NCBI GenBank assembly: GCA_943704425.1
Contig: CALSCP010001656.1
Coordinates: 62,001 to 126,000, forward strand
Origin: Ministeria vibrans ATCC 50519
Taxonomy: Eukaryota; Protista; Filasterea
Reading direction: 5' to 3'
DNA: 64,000 nt
The notes below the pieces were generated by a model that did not search any database, was not told where the DNA came from, and saw only the letters and a list, made by a program, of their open reading frames with translations. Both the position numbers and the translations under genes were made by a program. Below, one piece after another: positions 1 to 11,934 of this stretch. The stretch's first letter is position 1, and each line of letters opens with the position of its first letter.

Positions 1-1991
1 GAGGAGAGGGACTGGAGGAGAGGAAAGGAGATGGAGGTGAGAGAGGGAAGAGCCTCTGTGGCTGAAGCGGTGATGGAGAGAGCAGCGGCGGAACGAAGGG
101 AAGGGAAGGAGAAGAGGGAGAGGGATTGGAAGGCGGACGAGGCGGATGCGGTAAGGGTGATGGAGTTGGTGACGGTAGTGAGGGAAGGGAAGTAGAGTGT
201 GGAAAGGGAGGGGAAGGCAAAGTCACGAGTAGCGCTGACGGTGAGGGCGGTGGTGCGCAGGAGGGAGGGACAGCTAATGGTGGTGAGCGAGGCGAGACCA
301 AATGAACCGGTGAGGTCGTTTGCTGGTTGGACCCTCACCGTGAATTGAGTGGTGGTGGTGAGAGAAGGTAGAAAGAGAGACGGCAGAGAGTCCATGGCAC
401 GGTCGCCTGAAACGCGGATGACGAATAAGAGCGTCGTCGTGAGGGACGGGAGGGTCAGGAAGGTGAGGTTGGTAAGTGACTCGTGGCCTGTCGCAATGAC
501 GTAGAGGTCGTTGGTGGAGGTGAGGCTTGGAAAGGAGAGGGTACGAAGACGGCCGAGAGACTGAGTGGCAGTGGCGGAGATGGAGAGGTCGCCGGAGAGG
601 ACACTAACAAGTGAAGGGAACGCGATGGAGCGCAGGTTGGAAAGGGAATGATCACCGGAGGCAGAGAGAACGAGCGAGCCGGTGGAGAGGAGGGCGGGAA
701 AGGAGAGACGCTCGAGTGAGTGCATTGCATTGTGACCAACCAGGTCGATTGAGAGGGACGTGACGGTGTGAAGTTGGGGAAACGAGAGACGCGTGAGGTT
801 GGCAAGTCCGTGTGGGTGATATGCGTTGATGCTGATGGAATTGGCGAATGTGAGAGCGTTGAGTGTGACACTTTGCAGCTGAGTGAGACGCGCAGTACCA
901 TCTTCGATAATCAACGAGCTCGCAATGAGCTCAAGCGAGGGCAGATCAATCGATGAGAGTTGCGCGAGACTTGTCGGTTTGAAGATGCCGTTGATGGCGA
1001 CGAGGGAGGAAAGTCCCGCAAGACTGGCGAGCGAGTCACAGTCGGAGATGCTCAGCCCTCCGACGACAGTGAGTCTTTCAAGGCCCGTCAGATCCACAAG
1101 ACTGTGTACCTTGTTGATAATCAGCGACGAGGACACGTAGGCAAGCTGCAGTGAACCCAGTGTAACGGTGCCCGTGAGCGTATCGAGTTGAAAGTCTCCT
1201 TGCACTTGTGTGACATTTCCAATGTAGTCACTGAGACGGATGTTTGATGTGAGGCTCTCAATTACGAGATTACCCGAGATCACTTGACATCCTTGAAGTG
1301 TCTCAAGCTGCGTAACGGTAATGAAGGAGCCGCCGGAGCAGACGGTGCCGGAGCAGGCGACCTGATTGCACTGTTGGGACTCGAGGAGCGTCGGACACGC
1401 ACTGCCGCCATGCAAGGGGTGCACGTCAATGGACCGGGTACGAAAGTGCCCGCCACCAATGCACTCGACGGAGCAGGGGGTGTACGGAGAGGGCTGGTCG
1501 CTGAGGGCGCAGTCGACGGGACACGGCTGAGTGTTGCACGCGATTGTCTCAATGAGGTTCTGACTTGCACTGCAGCTCAAGCCGAGCACGTCGACGGTGA
1601 CGGTCCGCGTGCGATTCTGCGTGCCCGATCCACATGTGTGTGTGCAGGTGGAGAAGTCGGAGTAGGCAGAGTACTCGCAGGCGGGCGGAGCGAGACAGTT
1701 TTGCGACAAGAACGTTGCGACACTGGTCAAGTTGACAAGTGTCTCCTCAAGCAGCGCTTTCTCGGCATGGACGAGCGAGAGCTCGTGCAAGATGTCGATG
1801 CCATCGACAAAGACCGACTTGTTCGCGTCGGGGTCGAGAATGAGGTTCCCGTTGTCGTTGTGGCTGTGGCGGAAGTGTCAACAGAAGAAACGATTGTGTC
1901 TTTGAGAGGTTCCTTACATGGAAACTCCGGTGGCACACGTGGAAGACAAGAGAGCAACGATGGCAAAGATGATGATGATAAGAGAGGTCAT
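1..1991 (-). CDS. Secreted/surface protein: signal peptide, cubilin-N-like segment, 2x thrombospondin type 1 (TSP1), receptor L-domain/LRR-like solenoid; runs off the window start
   Basis: ATG at 1991 gives MTSLIIIIFAIVALLSSTCATGVS, then one intron (gtaagg...cacag), HNDNGNLILDPDANKSVFVDGIDIL, TSP1 motifs YSDFSTCTHTCGSGTQNRTR and PYTPCSVECIGGGHFRTR, then LQGCQVISGNLVI and repeated LxxLsFPxL units. It is missing from the ORF track because there is no stop inside the window. Confidence 0.85.
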
Positions 1992-2192
1992 TGCACAGAA
2001 AGCAATGAAAAAACTATAATAGAAAAGGTTTGTTATTGGAAATGTCTTCTTCTAGCTTCCGCCATAAGCTAGTCCCGAGAACATATTATATACTAGTACA
2101 TAGACCCGCAAATACAATGAAATTCGAATGATCAAACAAGTTTTTTTTTTCTTTTCAATAGTACAGGAGAGAGCTGTGAGTGATGAATATTG

Positions 2193-4034
2193 TTATTGTG
2201 ACTCTGAAGCTAAGACATCTTCCTCTGGAGGCACAACAGCATAGAATCTGCGCCACTTGTCATCAATGTGAGTCAAATAGTACGTTCCAGGGGAGAGCAA
2301 AGAGAGATCGGCGGAAGGGGTGAAGGGAGCGCAGTTGTGCGACTGAGCGCGTTGGGCCATCAGACTGTCAAACTGCTCGGGCTCCAATTGAATGCGATGA
2401 GACTCATCATCCAATCGGGGACGAACAGACTGGGCAAGGGACTCGGCAAGAGGAGCAATGTGAGAGCGAAAGCGCACAGGAAACAGAGTGCTCGCCAAAC
2501 CAGAACCGTACGAAAAGAGCAGAGCGCGTTTGCCCGCGAGCTCCTCAGTGGGAACCTATAGGACAGTGTGAGTATATAATAGAGAGAGAGAAAGAGAGAG
2601 GGAGAGACAACGTGTGTGTGCGTGGGTATGCAGTATGTGACGTACAGAGATAAGGAGGGACGCGAGGGAGATGTAGAGAGATGCAGTGTATGAGTTGCCA
2701 ATGCGCTTTGAAATGTCGAGAGAGGGTAATGTTTTGGCCGTAAAGAATGACTCGGATGCACAATCGGACTGTTTTTGGAGGGGCCGCGATTGGACGGACT
2801 CAGATGGGCTCAGACCGAGAAACTCAGTGAGAAGAGGAGAAACCTAAAACAAAATGAGTGAGTGAGTGTTTTTGTTTAATTTAATAATTGCAAAAAAATG
2901 TTTCTGACTTGTTTGAACTTTTCGTTTGTGGGATCGCTCGCAAAATCATTAAAGAACAAACGAGAGAGTGACTTTTGGACCAAACGAGCAAAGGGACTGT
3001 GAAACACTACAAAGTCAGCACAAGAAAGATCAAATTCCCTAAAGATGAGTTACAATTGTTTGAGTAGAAGTGTGAGTGTGCTTTGCTTCAATGTGACATA
3101 CTTTCCGTTTTGAGCCAATTCCTTCTTCTTGAAAAGCCGATAAGTCTGATCGAGTGCAGTAAGATAACATTGTGCTGAGAATGGACCGTCGACAATTGGA
3201 TATTCACTGTCCAGAATGGGTTTGTAGAAGTCGTAGGAATGAGCCATATGTGATGCTACAAATATATGGACAGAAAAGAGGAGCGAGAGAGGAGTGAGAA
3301 AAAAACAAAGTGTTTGTATGTGTGTGAGAGAGAGGTCAGTTACAAAGAAAGAGAGAGAGGGTGTATATGTGTGTGACATTGGATTGTAATTGAGTGTAAT
3401 TGATGGGATTACAAAGTTGACAAATGAGCATTATTATTCATTGAGATTGAGTGAGTGAGAATTATTCATTGGGATTGATCGTGTTGCTCATTGACTGTGA
3501 TTCATTGGGTATAAGAACGCGATAATGAATATGACAAATGATGGGCAGCGCAACACAACACACTGGATTACACTATAACAAACTCTGGGTACCTCTGAGA
3601 GTAGACTCAAACACAATGGGCGCATTGGGCCCAATGAGCATAGCAACTGCGCCTGCGCCTCCCGTCGCACGCGCATTCCCTTTGGCGTACACCGCAATGT
3701 CCCCTGCTACTACTATCCCATACCGCCCGTCCCATGCACAGCTGTGGGCGAGGATGAAAGTGTAAGCATTGATAAACTGGACGTGAATGGATTCCAACCT
3801 TTCAACCCAATTGATGGTGTTCAGGAGCGCATTCGTGCCGCCGTAGCACGCATTGGTTGTGTCCAACCCCTCAATGTCGCTGTTGCCACTCTCTATTCAA
3901 TTGATCAGCAACAACAACAATGCCGACAGCACGCAGCTCTCTCATGCACAACAAACCTTCAAAGAGCTGCATCAAGACCGACTTGACACCTGCAGCATAA
4001 TAATAATGGTAATAAATGTATCAGTGTGTGTCAT

Positions 4035-4096
<62 letters not shown>

Positions 4097-4705
4097 TATT
4101 ATTATTATTATCTATACTTTTGCTCTTGTCAAGAATGGTCTCAGTGCCCACTTCCAGTCGACCAACTGTGCGAGGGTCGACCTGGTGACGATCCAAAAGC
4201 TGTTTCGTGACGGTAAGACACACTGAATGAATGTCTGAGAGAGGAAAGAAAGGAAAGACGGAAAGAGAGAAAAAAGACAAAACACACACAGATGAGTCGA
4301 GAAAGAGGCGGTGGTTGCGCGCGAGAGGCTACACAAGACGTCTATCAACGGGGCTGACGAAGAATTGGGGAGAAACCGCACAGAAAACAAATGGCGTTCG
4401 GATGAGACGACGCTTCTGTCATTTCGTCGCACAGACGGCGTTTTGTGGGCCACTGCGGCGGGATCTCGGGCGAAGCGGACGGTCAGCGTACCCTCACGGT
4501 CGGACACGACAGCCATCTGGTCTTGGCCCAGTCCAATGGTGTATTTTCCCGCTGACACTCCGTCAAAGCGTTCCAGCTCGACCTGCGACACGAAAGTTCG
4601 TGGGAAGTACACTTCCATCGCGATAATGCCCACGTCGCACGGTCGAGGCGGTGCAGGTGCAGAGGCCACATCGCCACGCGTTGAGGACGAGGCGGCGAGT
4701 GTCAT
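2193..4705 (-). CDS. HMGCS: Hydroxymethylglutaryl-CoA synthase (multi-exon)
   Basis: [37 protein letters not shown], catalytic [32 protein letters not shown] and [14 protein letters not shown] across GT-AG introns. Confidence 0.97.
4038..4110. repeat. (AAT)n/(ATT)n microsatellite; similar at 24439-24510, 46141-46208 and 61133-61215; (TTGTTA)n at about 12352-12450; (AG)n at 26261-26339 and 47147-47190
   Basis: Directly visible; nearly all are intronic. Confidence 0.95.
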
Positions 4706-4884
4706 GGCTGAAATAAAATGATTTAGATTTTCGAAGATCAAAATCTCAAACATATATTTATTGTGTCCTTGTTTATTATAATTTGTTAGTCGGAAAAGCG
4801 AATTGGGTTCAGAAGTTACACGTGCCTCCGTATTGGGCTGCTTTAACTATTAATAAATATTATTATTGAAAAAGAAGAAAATTG

Positions 4885-6278
4885 TTAGTGCAGTCTGTTC
4901 CATGTGATGGCGTAAAGAGAAATGGCAAGAGGGTCACCCTCAAAGCGCACAAAGGCGGTTGGAACGCCGTCGGGAGTGGCGCGGACGGGCGCAGGTTCAC
5001 TCCACACAGAGTGCATTTCAACGAGCGACCAGTCGAGAGGGAGAGACGTGTTGGCACTCACAAAATGCGGTACATTGTGACCGGCGGGCGAATCGCCATG
5101 GCTCTGACCCATGAGGTGCGCGAGTCCGTCGGGGCCCATAAAGATCTCTTGGTTTTCAAATCCGAGAGGGAAGAGGGAGGCATTGGTACTGACAAGAGGG
5201 GATGCATCGGCGCGCGGCGCATACGGGGGCTCCCACGACGCCAGTGGGCGAGCTGGCTCAAACACAGACGGAAGTGCGGTAAAATTGAGCTGAACACATT
5301 TAGAGATAAGCCAGCGACGACCGTCCGCAAGCACAACGGGCCGTGGGTTGCCCATGCGCACCCAGTCGTAGTAGCCTGGGGGGTACTGTAGGCTCACAGT
5401 CGCTGATACGCAGCCTGTCGCGCTCTGGGTGCCCTCCGTTGAACTTTTGAGCCAGCAACAAGGAGTGCCCGCGGCACATGACTTTGAGCCGCTCTGCTGT
5501 GATGGTGTCCAAGTGTATCCACGGCATTGGCTGCAGCGGGACTGGCAACGAGCCTCGCAGTCGCTCGCGCTCGGGGAAATTCCGTGAGACAGCACTGCGC
5601 CTTGGAGACTTTTCGAGTCCATGCGTGGACTCACCGCACAGGTCGGCGGAGGAGGTGAATTTGCAAGCTGCGCTGTGGGTGGTCCGTACGTCGTGATGAT
5701 CGGGTTATGGCGGCTCTTGGTGAAGGCACCAAAGGGCGACTGTGATGTCGCCAGTCCTTGATACGTACTAAAGTTCTGTTTTTGGTGATGCTCGTAGTGT
5801 TGCCCAACACCCACATAGAACATGTACCAGGTGTCGACAGTGTTGTCGTACACGACGCCGGGCGTGAAGACACCGTGCGAGTCCCACTCACTGTGGTTGG
5901 CAGACACATCAAGCGCAATCGCATCGAATGTCCACGTCGCGTTGAGCACACGCGAGTAGTAGTGCGCCACCACGCCGTCGTAGCCAGACTTGCCGACCTC
6001 GACGGGGATCCGTGTGGCCCACACATGCCACGTGCCGTTGTGCTGGAGGGAAGAGGGAAAGAAGTAAACAAAGTCAAACCGAAACGAAACAGTTTTACAT
6101 TCACAAACAGCCAAAAGACACGTACAAAAACGGGTGGAGTGCAGTCACGAATGTTGTAGCCGTCTTCGGAGATGATCACCCGACGCGACGATTGCACAAA
6201 TTGAGGGGAGAGGACGGTTGCGGTGGCAACGCCACTCAGAGCGAAAAGTACAATGAACGAGAGCCCTTGGCGGCGCAT
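4885..6278 (-). CDS. Secreted GH117/GH43-like five-bladed beta-propeller glycosidase with inserted PAN/apple domain, copy A
   Basis: Signal peptide; intron 6043-6125; IRDCTPPVF|HNGTWHVW, SGYDGVVAHYYS, WDSHGVFTP, GLATSQSPFGAF..NPII; Cys-rich insert CEARC...CRGYTW...CCWLK. Confidence 0.8.
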
Positions 6279-6545
6279 TGTGTCACACAGCCCACAGGCA
6301 GAAGCTGGACGAAGCTAAAGTCAATGGGTGTGGAAACGTATAATAATATAAATAATTATTATTGATTCCTCAAACGTGACTCAAACTCTATAACAGAAGG
6401 AATACAACAAGTCAACAGCAATTAAAATATTACGCAAAGATTTAACCAATCAAAGTACTAGACACTATACAGTATACAGTGGTTCAAAGTGAAATATCAG
6501 TGTACTTGTATTAATATTATTTTAAAAATAACTCCTGCGACTTTG

Positions 6546-7957
6546 TTAGTTATTCGCAATTTTCGTCCAAATGATGTCGTAGAGCGAAACGGAAAGAGGA
6601 TTCCCCTCAAACCGAATAAAAGCAGAGGGCACACCGTCGGGCTTGGCACGTACAGGGGCAGGCTCACTCCACTCGACGTGCATCTCCACAAGATCCCAAT
6701 GCAAAAGGGTCGCGTCGCGCGCAATGAAATGCGGAACACCATAGCCAGCAGGCGAACCGCCGTGACTGTGGCCCATCAGGTGGACATGGCCGTCGGGTCC
6801 CGAGAAGATCTCGTCATTTTCAAAGCCATCGGGGTAAAGGGATGCGTTGGTCCGGATCATGGGCGAAGCGTCGGCGCGAGGGGCATAGGGCGGCGCCCAC
6901 GACTCAAGCGGTGCAAACGACTCGAAGACGGACGGAAGTGCCGTAAAATTGGCTTGAACACATTTCAGGAAAAGCATTCGACGGCCGTCTGCGCGCACGA
7001 CAGGACGGGGGTTGTCCACACGAATCCAGTTGTAGTACCCGGGCGGGTAGTGCAGTGCGACGGATGCCGACGTACAGTTCGCTTTGGGGGCCGTCTGTGC
7101 CGCTGTTGTCTTCAGCCAGCAGCACGAGGTGCCCTCGGGGCACTGTGGACCCCGATGCGTGCCCTCTTGCCACGTGGTAAAGGTGTAGCCACCACACACA
7201 CCGCATTGGGCGATACAGCGTGCTTCGCACTCGTCGACCGACACTGCGTGTGCGTGCGACAGTTCACCTCCCACAATGTTGGTCGATTCCATGCGCGTGT
7301 CCGCCGCGCACGTCGGTAATGGAGGCGTGTCCTTTACGACCGAGGGTGGTCCATATGTGGTGATAATGGGATTGTAGGGGCTCCTGGCAAAGGCACCAAA
7401 GGGCGACTGTGATGTCGCCAGTCCTTCGTACTCACTGAAGCCAGAGCTCTTGTTGTGCGTCGTGTAGTGCGGACCCACCCCTCCGTAGAACAGGTACCAG
7501 GTGTCGACGGTGCTGTCGTACACGACGCCGGGCGTGAAGACACCGTGCGAGTCCCACTCACTGTGGTTGGCAGACACATCAAGCGCAATCGCATCGAATG
7601 TCCACGTCGCGTTGAGCACACGCGAGTAGTAGTGCGCCACCACGCCGTCGTAGCCAGACTTGCCGACCTCGACGGGGATCCGTGTGGCCCACACATGCCA
7701 CGTGCCGTTGTGCTGGAGGGAAGAGGGAAAGAAGTAAACAAACCGAAACTGTTTACATTCACAAACAGCCAAAAGACACGTACAAAAACGGGTGGAGTGC
7801 AGTCACGAATGTTGTAGCCGTCTTCGGAGATGATCACCCGACGCGACGATTGCACAATCTGAGGGGAGAGAACGGTTGCGGTGGCAACGGAAATGAGTAG
7901 TCCGACACACGCGAAGAAACGACTCAGGCTCATCTGCATGCCGAGGATCCGAGGCAT
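6546..7957 (-). CDS. GH117/GH43-like glycosidase with PAN insert, copy B (start could be 7939 or a nearby ATG)
   Basis: Paralog of copy A; intron 7713-7783; same motifs; YNWIRVDNP. Confidence 0.8.
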
Positions 7958-8186
7958 TGATGATTGAGACGGCAGATGGTGGCTCTTTACGGATCACCAA
8001 CCAAACAGCCGATGATGAAAAACTTTGATTGAAATAAAAAATACTCAATGAATACTCAATGTTAAAACAAGACAAGATACAAATGAGCAAAACACTGAGC
8101 ACAGTACTCGATATTTATCGCTGAGCCAATTCAGCCAAAATATAACAAAGATAGTATGCATAGTATGCACAAATTCATTCAGTACA

Positions 8187-9596
8187 CTAACTTATTTTCG
8201 AATGATCAATCTTATTCCATGTGACAGCATAAAGAGACACGGATAGTGGAGTTCCCTCGAACCGGATAAACGCGGAAGGCACATCATCGGAATTGGCACG
8301 CACAGGAGCCGGCTCATTCCACTCGGCGTGCATTTCCACCAGATCCCATCTCAAGAGAGTCGGATCTAGCGCAATGAAGTGGGGAATGGGACGGCCGGCG
8401 GGAGATCCGCCGTGACTATGGCCCATCATGTGCACATGCCCGTCGGGGCCCATAAAAATCTCTTGGTTCTCAAAGCCTTTGGGAAAGAGCGTTGCATTGG
8501 CGGGGATGACGGGCGACGCGTCTGATCGAGGAGTGTACGGTGGCGCCCACGATTCTTGAGGCGCAAACGGCTCGAAGACGGTGGGAAGCGCAGTGGAGTT
8601 GAGCCGCACACACTTCATGAAAAGCATACGACGGCCGTCTGCGCGCACGACCGGTCGGGGGTTGTCCACGCGCACCCAGTCGTAGTAGCCCGGCGGAAAG
8701 TGCTGCATGACAGAGGCAGACGTGCTGTTGTCCTCGGGAGCCGTCTGCGTTGCGCTGCTCTTAAGCCAGCAGCACGGCGTCCCCTTTGGGCAGTGCTCGG
8801 CGCGCGACCCGGGTTGCCACGTGGTGAAGGTGTAGCCGGCGCACACACCGCACTGTGCGATGCAGCGCGCCTCGCATTCCTCGGTCGACTGGGCGGGTGC
8901 GTGTGACAAGTCGTTTCCCACAATGTTGGTCGATTCCATGTGTGCATTGGCCGCGCACGTCGGTAATGGAAGCGTGTCCTTTACGACCGAGGGTGGTCCA
9001 TATGTGGTGATAATGGGATTGTAGGGGCTCTTGGTGAAGGCACCAAAGGGCGACTGTGATGTCGCCAGTCCTTGATACTCACTGAAATCAGAGCCGGAGT
9101 GTGTCGTGTAGTGCGGACCCACTCCGCCGTAGAAGAGGTACCAGGTGTCGACGGTGCTGTCGTACACGACGCCGGGCGTGAAGACACCGTGCGAGTCCCA
9201 CTCACTGTGGTTGGCAGACACATCAAGCGCAATCGCATCGAATGTCCACGTCGCGTTGAGCACACGCGAGTAGTAGTGCGCCACCACGCCGTTGTAGCCT
9301 GGCTTTCCCTCACTGACGGGGATCCGCGTGGCCCACAGGTGCCACGTACCGTTGTGCTACAAAGGGGGGAAAAAAGGCAGAAGGTTCAAACAAGTAAACA
9401 GACAAGAAGAGTTCTCTAAAACACGTACAAAAACGGGTGGAGTGCAGTCACGAATGTTGTAGCCGTCTTCGGAGACAATCAGACGGCGAGAAGGCGCAAC
9501 GAGCTGGGGAGAGAGAACGGTCGCCGTGACGACGCTGAAAGAGCTCTCGCAGCCAAAAACGAGCAAGCCCAGCACTAGCTGAAGGATCTGACGCAT
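8187..9596 (-). CDS. GH117/GH43-like glycosidase with PAN insert, copy C
   Basis: Paralog; intron 9357-9428; same motifs; YDWVRVDNP. Confidence 0.8.
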
Positions 9597-9785
9597 AATC
9601 TACACCCAAATACTAATCGTATTGCTGGCCACAAAGCGAAGATGGAACACAAAACAACTGAACACTTTATTGAGTTGCGACTTGAGTCTGTTGATCTCCA
9701 GTAAGTGAAGTCAGTGGATTCAGTAATGACTCATCACACTTTTCTTGCCGCCTATCGTAGATAGATTTGGTGCAGATCCCTGTGC

Positions 9786-11475
9786 ATGGGATACGACACC
9801 ACGCCGCTGGTGGCAGCGTCCAGTCGCGACGAGTGGGCCGGCGATCGCATTTTGACGTCCGACCTGTCAAATGCAAGCGAATCGCCGCCAGTGGAGCCGA
9901 TAAAGCCTCCCTATCGGTTGTGGGTTGCGGGCATTGCATGTTGGCTTGCCGAGTCATATCAGTATGGGGGGTTTTTTATGATTGTGTGTGGGATTAATGT
10001 GAGTTTGGCACATACTCAAGTTGGGCCCATGTCGCTTGTAGGATGACGGCGCCCTTTGCGTTTGCCACGTTCATGGTGCGAGACCAGTCAGGCACGAGTG
10101 GGGGCGAAGACAAGGTTGGATTGTACGCAGGGGTGCTGGCAGGCTCCAATTACGCAGGGCAGGTCGTCTCGGCCATTCCGTGGAGCCGCGCGGCGTCCCG
10201 GTACGGCATCCGGCCGTGCGTCATGGTGGGCCTGGCGCTCACCACGATCCTTAATGTTGCCTTTGGCTTTTGCACCAACTATTGGGCGGGTGTGACTGTG
10301 CGGTTTCTTGGCGGTTTGTGCGACGGCAATCTGGCTCTTATCAAGACTTTGGTGGCTCAGGGCTCCCCCGAGTCGCTGCGGGCCACCGGCATGGCCTACC
10401 TTTCGGCAACTTACTCTTTTGGTGCAATAGTGGGACCGGTGATTGCGGGCGTGCTGGCACGCCCCGCCTACCAGTACCCAAGTGTGTTTACCTCCGGTGT
10501 GCTCGTGCGCTTTCCCTATCTTCTGGCGCAGCTGGTCACGGCCGGCGTCGTCCTGGTCGCTGCAATCATCGTCGCGCTTACTATGGCCGGAGCGGCAGGC
10601 AGGTCGGCCGAGGCAGCTGCGTCGGCAGCATCAGCGGCACAGGCGGCGTCCTCATGCGAGTACTATGAACTCAAGACTCTTTCAGACATGGAAGACGACC
10701 AACTCGTCTCACCCACCACTAGCAAGCACACATCTTCCAAGCCCCCAACGCGTAATGCAACGCCCTGGCTACCACCCCTCACGTATGCCTTCCTGTCGCT
10801 TATGTTTGTCTGCATCGACGAGACTCTTCCCATCTTCTTCTCGTCTCCTCCGCACAAAGGTGGGCTCGACTGGGCCCCCGTCCGCATCGGCGCCGTCTAC
10901 GGCCTGCTCGGCTGCGCCAATATTCTTGCGTCTATCTTTGCCTTTCCCCGTCTTGAGCCTCGTCTGCGTCTCCTCCCCGTCTTCCGCCTCGGCCTCTATC
11001 TCAATCTTCCCGCTGTTCTTCTCTTCCCTCTCCTGAGCGTCGCCCAATCTCGCTCCGGCGACCCCGCCGCCTGGTCTGTCGTTGTTCTCGTGGCTGCCCT
11101 GTACTCCACCAGCCAGGCGCTCAGCTTTGCCGCCGGCATGAACTTTGTCAACAACGCTGTGCCCCACTCTTCGCTGCTACGAATCAACGGACTCACGCAG
11201 ACTCTCATCTCCATCGCCCGTTGCACGGGTCCCCTTATTGCTGGTGGCTTGTGGACCCTCATTGCCTCTGCTGCTCTCTGGCGCGTCTACATGGACTTTC
11301 TCATTCTGGTATACTATAGTATAGTAGAGTGGGAGTCTGCGAGCTCGAAAGCGACTGACACGCGTTGTGTGTTTAGGGTGTTGTAACTGTTGCTGTGATT
11401 TGCGTCTCATTCAAGCTGCCAGAGAAACTCAATCGGCCCTATGTTGTCTGTCTGTCTGACGGCCCCTCTGAGTGA
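9786..11475 (+). CDS. MFS transporter (ZIF-like/DHA1 type)
   Basis: About 12 hydrophobic segments; WSRAASRYGIRP motif-A variant, RFLGGLCDGN, GAIVGPVIAGVLARPA, FSSPPHKGGLDW; two introns. Confidence 0.9.
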
Positions 11476-11934
11476 TATATTTATATAGTTTATCACTTTG
11501 GATTGTCGAACATGGTCCAGTTGAAGTCGCTGGACGCTAGGCGGGTAGTACGTGATGTTGGTGTGGAGAAATGTGTTGCGGATGACAGTCTTGGGAAGCA
11601 TTGAGCTACGATGACCCTTCCAGGCTTATTTCGGGACCTTGTTTGTGTCGGAACGAAAGCACCGATACGACGCACAACACGGCACACAACAAACCGAGTG
11701 TGGTTCGTTCCTCCAGTAGTCGACCAACGAGAACGTCTCGTCACCGACCTTAGGCTTGCACCGGAGCCACGGGAGAAGTCGATTTAACATTCTATACTAG
11801 ATTCTAGATCTCGACACTAACACTCATCTAACGACTAACAGTGTCAGTGAGTAATAAATTTTTTAGTTAAATTGTGTGTTAGACTTTCTGTTTGTTTTGG
11901 ACGTGAATTTCTCTACAGCGTTTCTTTTTTCTTG

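Noticed and set aside
1284-2072. 262-aa plus-strand ORF
   Set aside because: Antisense shadow of the minus-strand TSP1/L-domain gene.
4016-4289. Poly-N/I/Y ORFs (also near 12.3, 24.4, 46.1 and 61.1 kb) and RE/SL-repeat ORFs
   Set aside because: Translations of intronic or intergenic microsatellites.
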